From positions 370,884,001 through 370,948,000 of the forward strand of contig OZ024743.1 of assembly GCA_964016885.1 (NCBI GenBank): a stretch of 64,000 nt of DNA. The letters run 5' to 3'. The DNA is from Eledone cirrhosa. Its lineage: Eukaryota. Made by a program: the position numbers and the translations under genes. The number at the start of each line of letters is the position of its first letter. The first letter of the stretch is position 1. The notes under the pieces are model-generated. The model had not been told where the DNA came from, made no database searches, and worked only from the letters and a program-made list of their open reading frames with translations. Shown one piece after another: positions 61,561-64,000 of the stretch.

Positions 61561-62431
61561 TTAATATGGAGTTAACTAACCAGGTATGTGCAATCCACAC
61601 TACTTGGTCGGTTGTAATGCAGAAAAAATGAAGCACCCAACAACATGTATAAATGTACATATGGGAGCATTATAAAGTATTAAATACATCAAAGTTGTGT
61701 TTAGATATATTTTCATCTTTCACTGGGGTCGAAGGCTAAGTAGTGCTCTTCTTACCTGCTCCATCGACCTGAGCTTGTCAGATGGGATAAAAATATTTCA
61801 ACAATTTCACACAACTTAAAATTTGTTTCTAATGTTTATGTTATGGAGGACTGGCAGTATGCATTGTTGGTTCTAAGTATGCTGGTCCCTGTATGATCCT
61901 ATCACTGTTCTAGCAATAAGTTTCCTCATTTTTATATGTATTCAAATACACTCTCACTTCGTCTCAATCAGAGACAACAATGTTTTTTCATTTAACTTTT
62001 ATCATAGCTATTATTAGCTTTCTATTTAGGATAAACATCACAACTAGAGGTTCACTATTCTGTTATTTTATTTTCTGTCTCTTCTTTCATCCTTCTATCC
62101 GTGCTGTTTGTTTTATCACACATATCATACCAGCAGAAAGAATTATTTTTCTGTTGCATGAGGGTGAAGATGTGTGTGTGTGTGTGTGTGTGTATGAACT
62201 TGTCTTGTAAATCGCCTTTCTTTATTTTCTTCTTCTGGCTACTTCTGTGCACCAACACACATCTTCTTGTCCTCCTCTTTCAATCTTTTCCATATTTTGT
62301 CTGCCTGTCACCCACCTTGTAGTGGCCGCTGGTCTCTGTCCTCTGAGGTAATTTTGCTCATCACTGTCTTTGACAACATTTGGCTGTTTTAATGACTGTT
62401 CTAGCAATGAGTTTTCTCATTTATATATACA

Positions 62432-64000
62432 TATCATCATCATTTTACGTCCGCTTTTCCCTGCTTGCAAGGGTGGGACGGTTCTTATTCAGCACAGCAT
62501 CTCTCCACTTGTCACTCCTTCGTCATCTCCACCGTGAGCTTCAGTGATCTGAGGTCTGTTCTCACCACCTCCGCCCATGTTTTTCCTGGTCTACCTCTAC
62601 CACGTCTTCCTTCAACTGGCATTTCCTGGCACTTCTTCACCCATCGGTCATCCTCCATGTACATCACATGTCCATACCACCTCAGTCTCCTCTCTCGCAC
62701 ACTGCATTCTATCCCTCTCAGACACAGTTTCTCTCTCAACACATCCATGCTGGGTCGTTCACGCACATTGACACTGCACATCCAATGGAGCATGCTTGCC
62801 TCATTTCTCTCCAGCCGTCGCATATCCTCTGCAGTTGCTGCCCATGGCTCACTACCATGCAGCATCGCGCTCCTCACTCATGTAACCGGCCTTTCGTACG
62901 CAGGGAAAAACCCTTCTTTGTCAGCAGTGGAAGCAGCGCCCTAAACTTCTTCCAACCCATCCTTATTCTAGATACTATGGCCTCGGAACACCCCTCTCCC
63001 ATGCTAATCTGATCTCCTAGGTACCGGAAGCTATCCACCACTTCTATAGCACCCGCCTGCATTTGAAAAATGTGTCTATCAATGCGACTTCTACTGTCTA
63101 ATTTCCCTGTACATCTACTGCATACGTATTTCTCCCTACCTGTTAGTTTGCCTGCTATCCCACTACATCTCTTGTGTACCCAGGATCTGCATTGTTTGCA
63201 TTTTATAGAATTTATGCCAGTTCCTTTTCTGCATATCGAATATGGCCATTTCCGGACGGAATCAGAGTTTTGTCCTTTTTTCTACTCATCAACACTTTTG
63301 TCTTAACTAGGTTCACTCTCAGTCCTCTTGCTTCCAACTGCTGTTTCCATAGTCAGAATTTATTCTCTTGCTCTTCTACTGATTCTGCTATAAGAACCAG
63401 ATCGTCAGCATAGAGAAGTTCCCATGACCAGCCAGTCTTAAACTCCTCTGTTATGGCTTGGAGGACTATAATGAACAAGAGTGGGCTGAGGACCAAACCT
63501 TGATGTACTCCTACTTGAATCTAGAATTCCACACTAAACTCCTACCCTGACTTTACTGACAGCACCTCTGTACAAAGCTTGCACAGCCATTCCACACAAG
63601 CCATTCCTCAACACCTAGTTTCCTTAGGGACCACCAGATGACAGATTGGGGTACCCTATCAATGGCCTTCTCTAGGTCAACAAAGGCTAAGTATAGTGGC
63701 TTATTTTTCTCTAAGAACCTCTCTTGTAATTGTCTCACCAAGAAGAGGGCATCTGTTGTACTTTTCCCAGGCACAAAACCAAACTGCATCTCATGTAGTT
63801 TGACCCTTTCTCTAATTAGTTGTGGTAATATCCTTTCTGCCACTTTCATAACCTGATCCATCAGTTTTATACCCCTATAATTGCTCCTCTCCAGAGCATC
63901 CCCTTTACCTTTGTAGCAATTTATGAGAATACTGCTGCACCAGTCTTTGGGTATGACACCACCATATATAGCCTGATTGATGATACGTGCAACCAGTTTA
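62432..64000 (-). mobile_element. RTE LINE, subfamily B, running off the window end
   Basis: QFGF, FVDLEKA, YADD, PHD insert, FRYLG, RLRWYGHV; frameshifts; tail at about 62432. Confidence 0.92.

Noticed and set aside
62190-62430. Possible piggyBac transposase C-terminus or host exon on the minus strand (R..GR..EKI…RRCV)
   Set aside because: Too short and frameshifted to support, and no TIR was found.

Overview
AT-rich eukaryotic DNA made almost entirely of nested transposable elements and microsatellites. The SINE and RTE families resemble coleoid cephalopod (octopus-like) repeats; this is inferred from recalled motifs, not from a search. No intact host gene, rRNA, tRNA gene or CRISPR array is visible, and most short ORFs in the track are antisense or low-complexity artefacts. 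Contents: (1) one near-intact Penelope-like element (PLE; RT + GIY-YIG, 4319-9387) with tandem pseudo-LTRs; (2) several non-coding PLE-derived foldbacks at (TA)n tracts. Together the PLE sequences give about a dozen complete or partial minimal hammerhead ribozymes, and three families share a non-canonical CCGANGA core; (3) more than ten RTE-clade LINE copies, whose main family has a PHD finger inside the RT; (4) a Dong/R4 element in (TAA)n, Tx1/L1, CRE and CsRn1-like Gypsy remnants; (5) a hAT element with an 8-bp TSD, a piggyBac MITE, Helitrons and tRNA-derived SINEs. Other signals worth checking are recurrent template-switch inverted duplications, an LTR/PBS-SINE chimera, and two candidate recursive splice sites on the minus strand.
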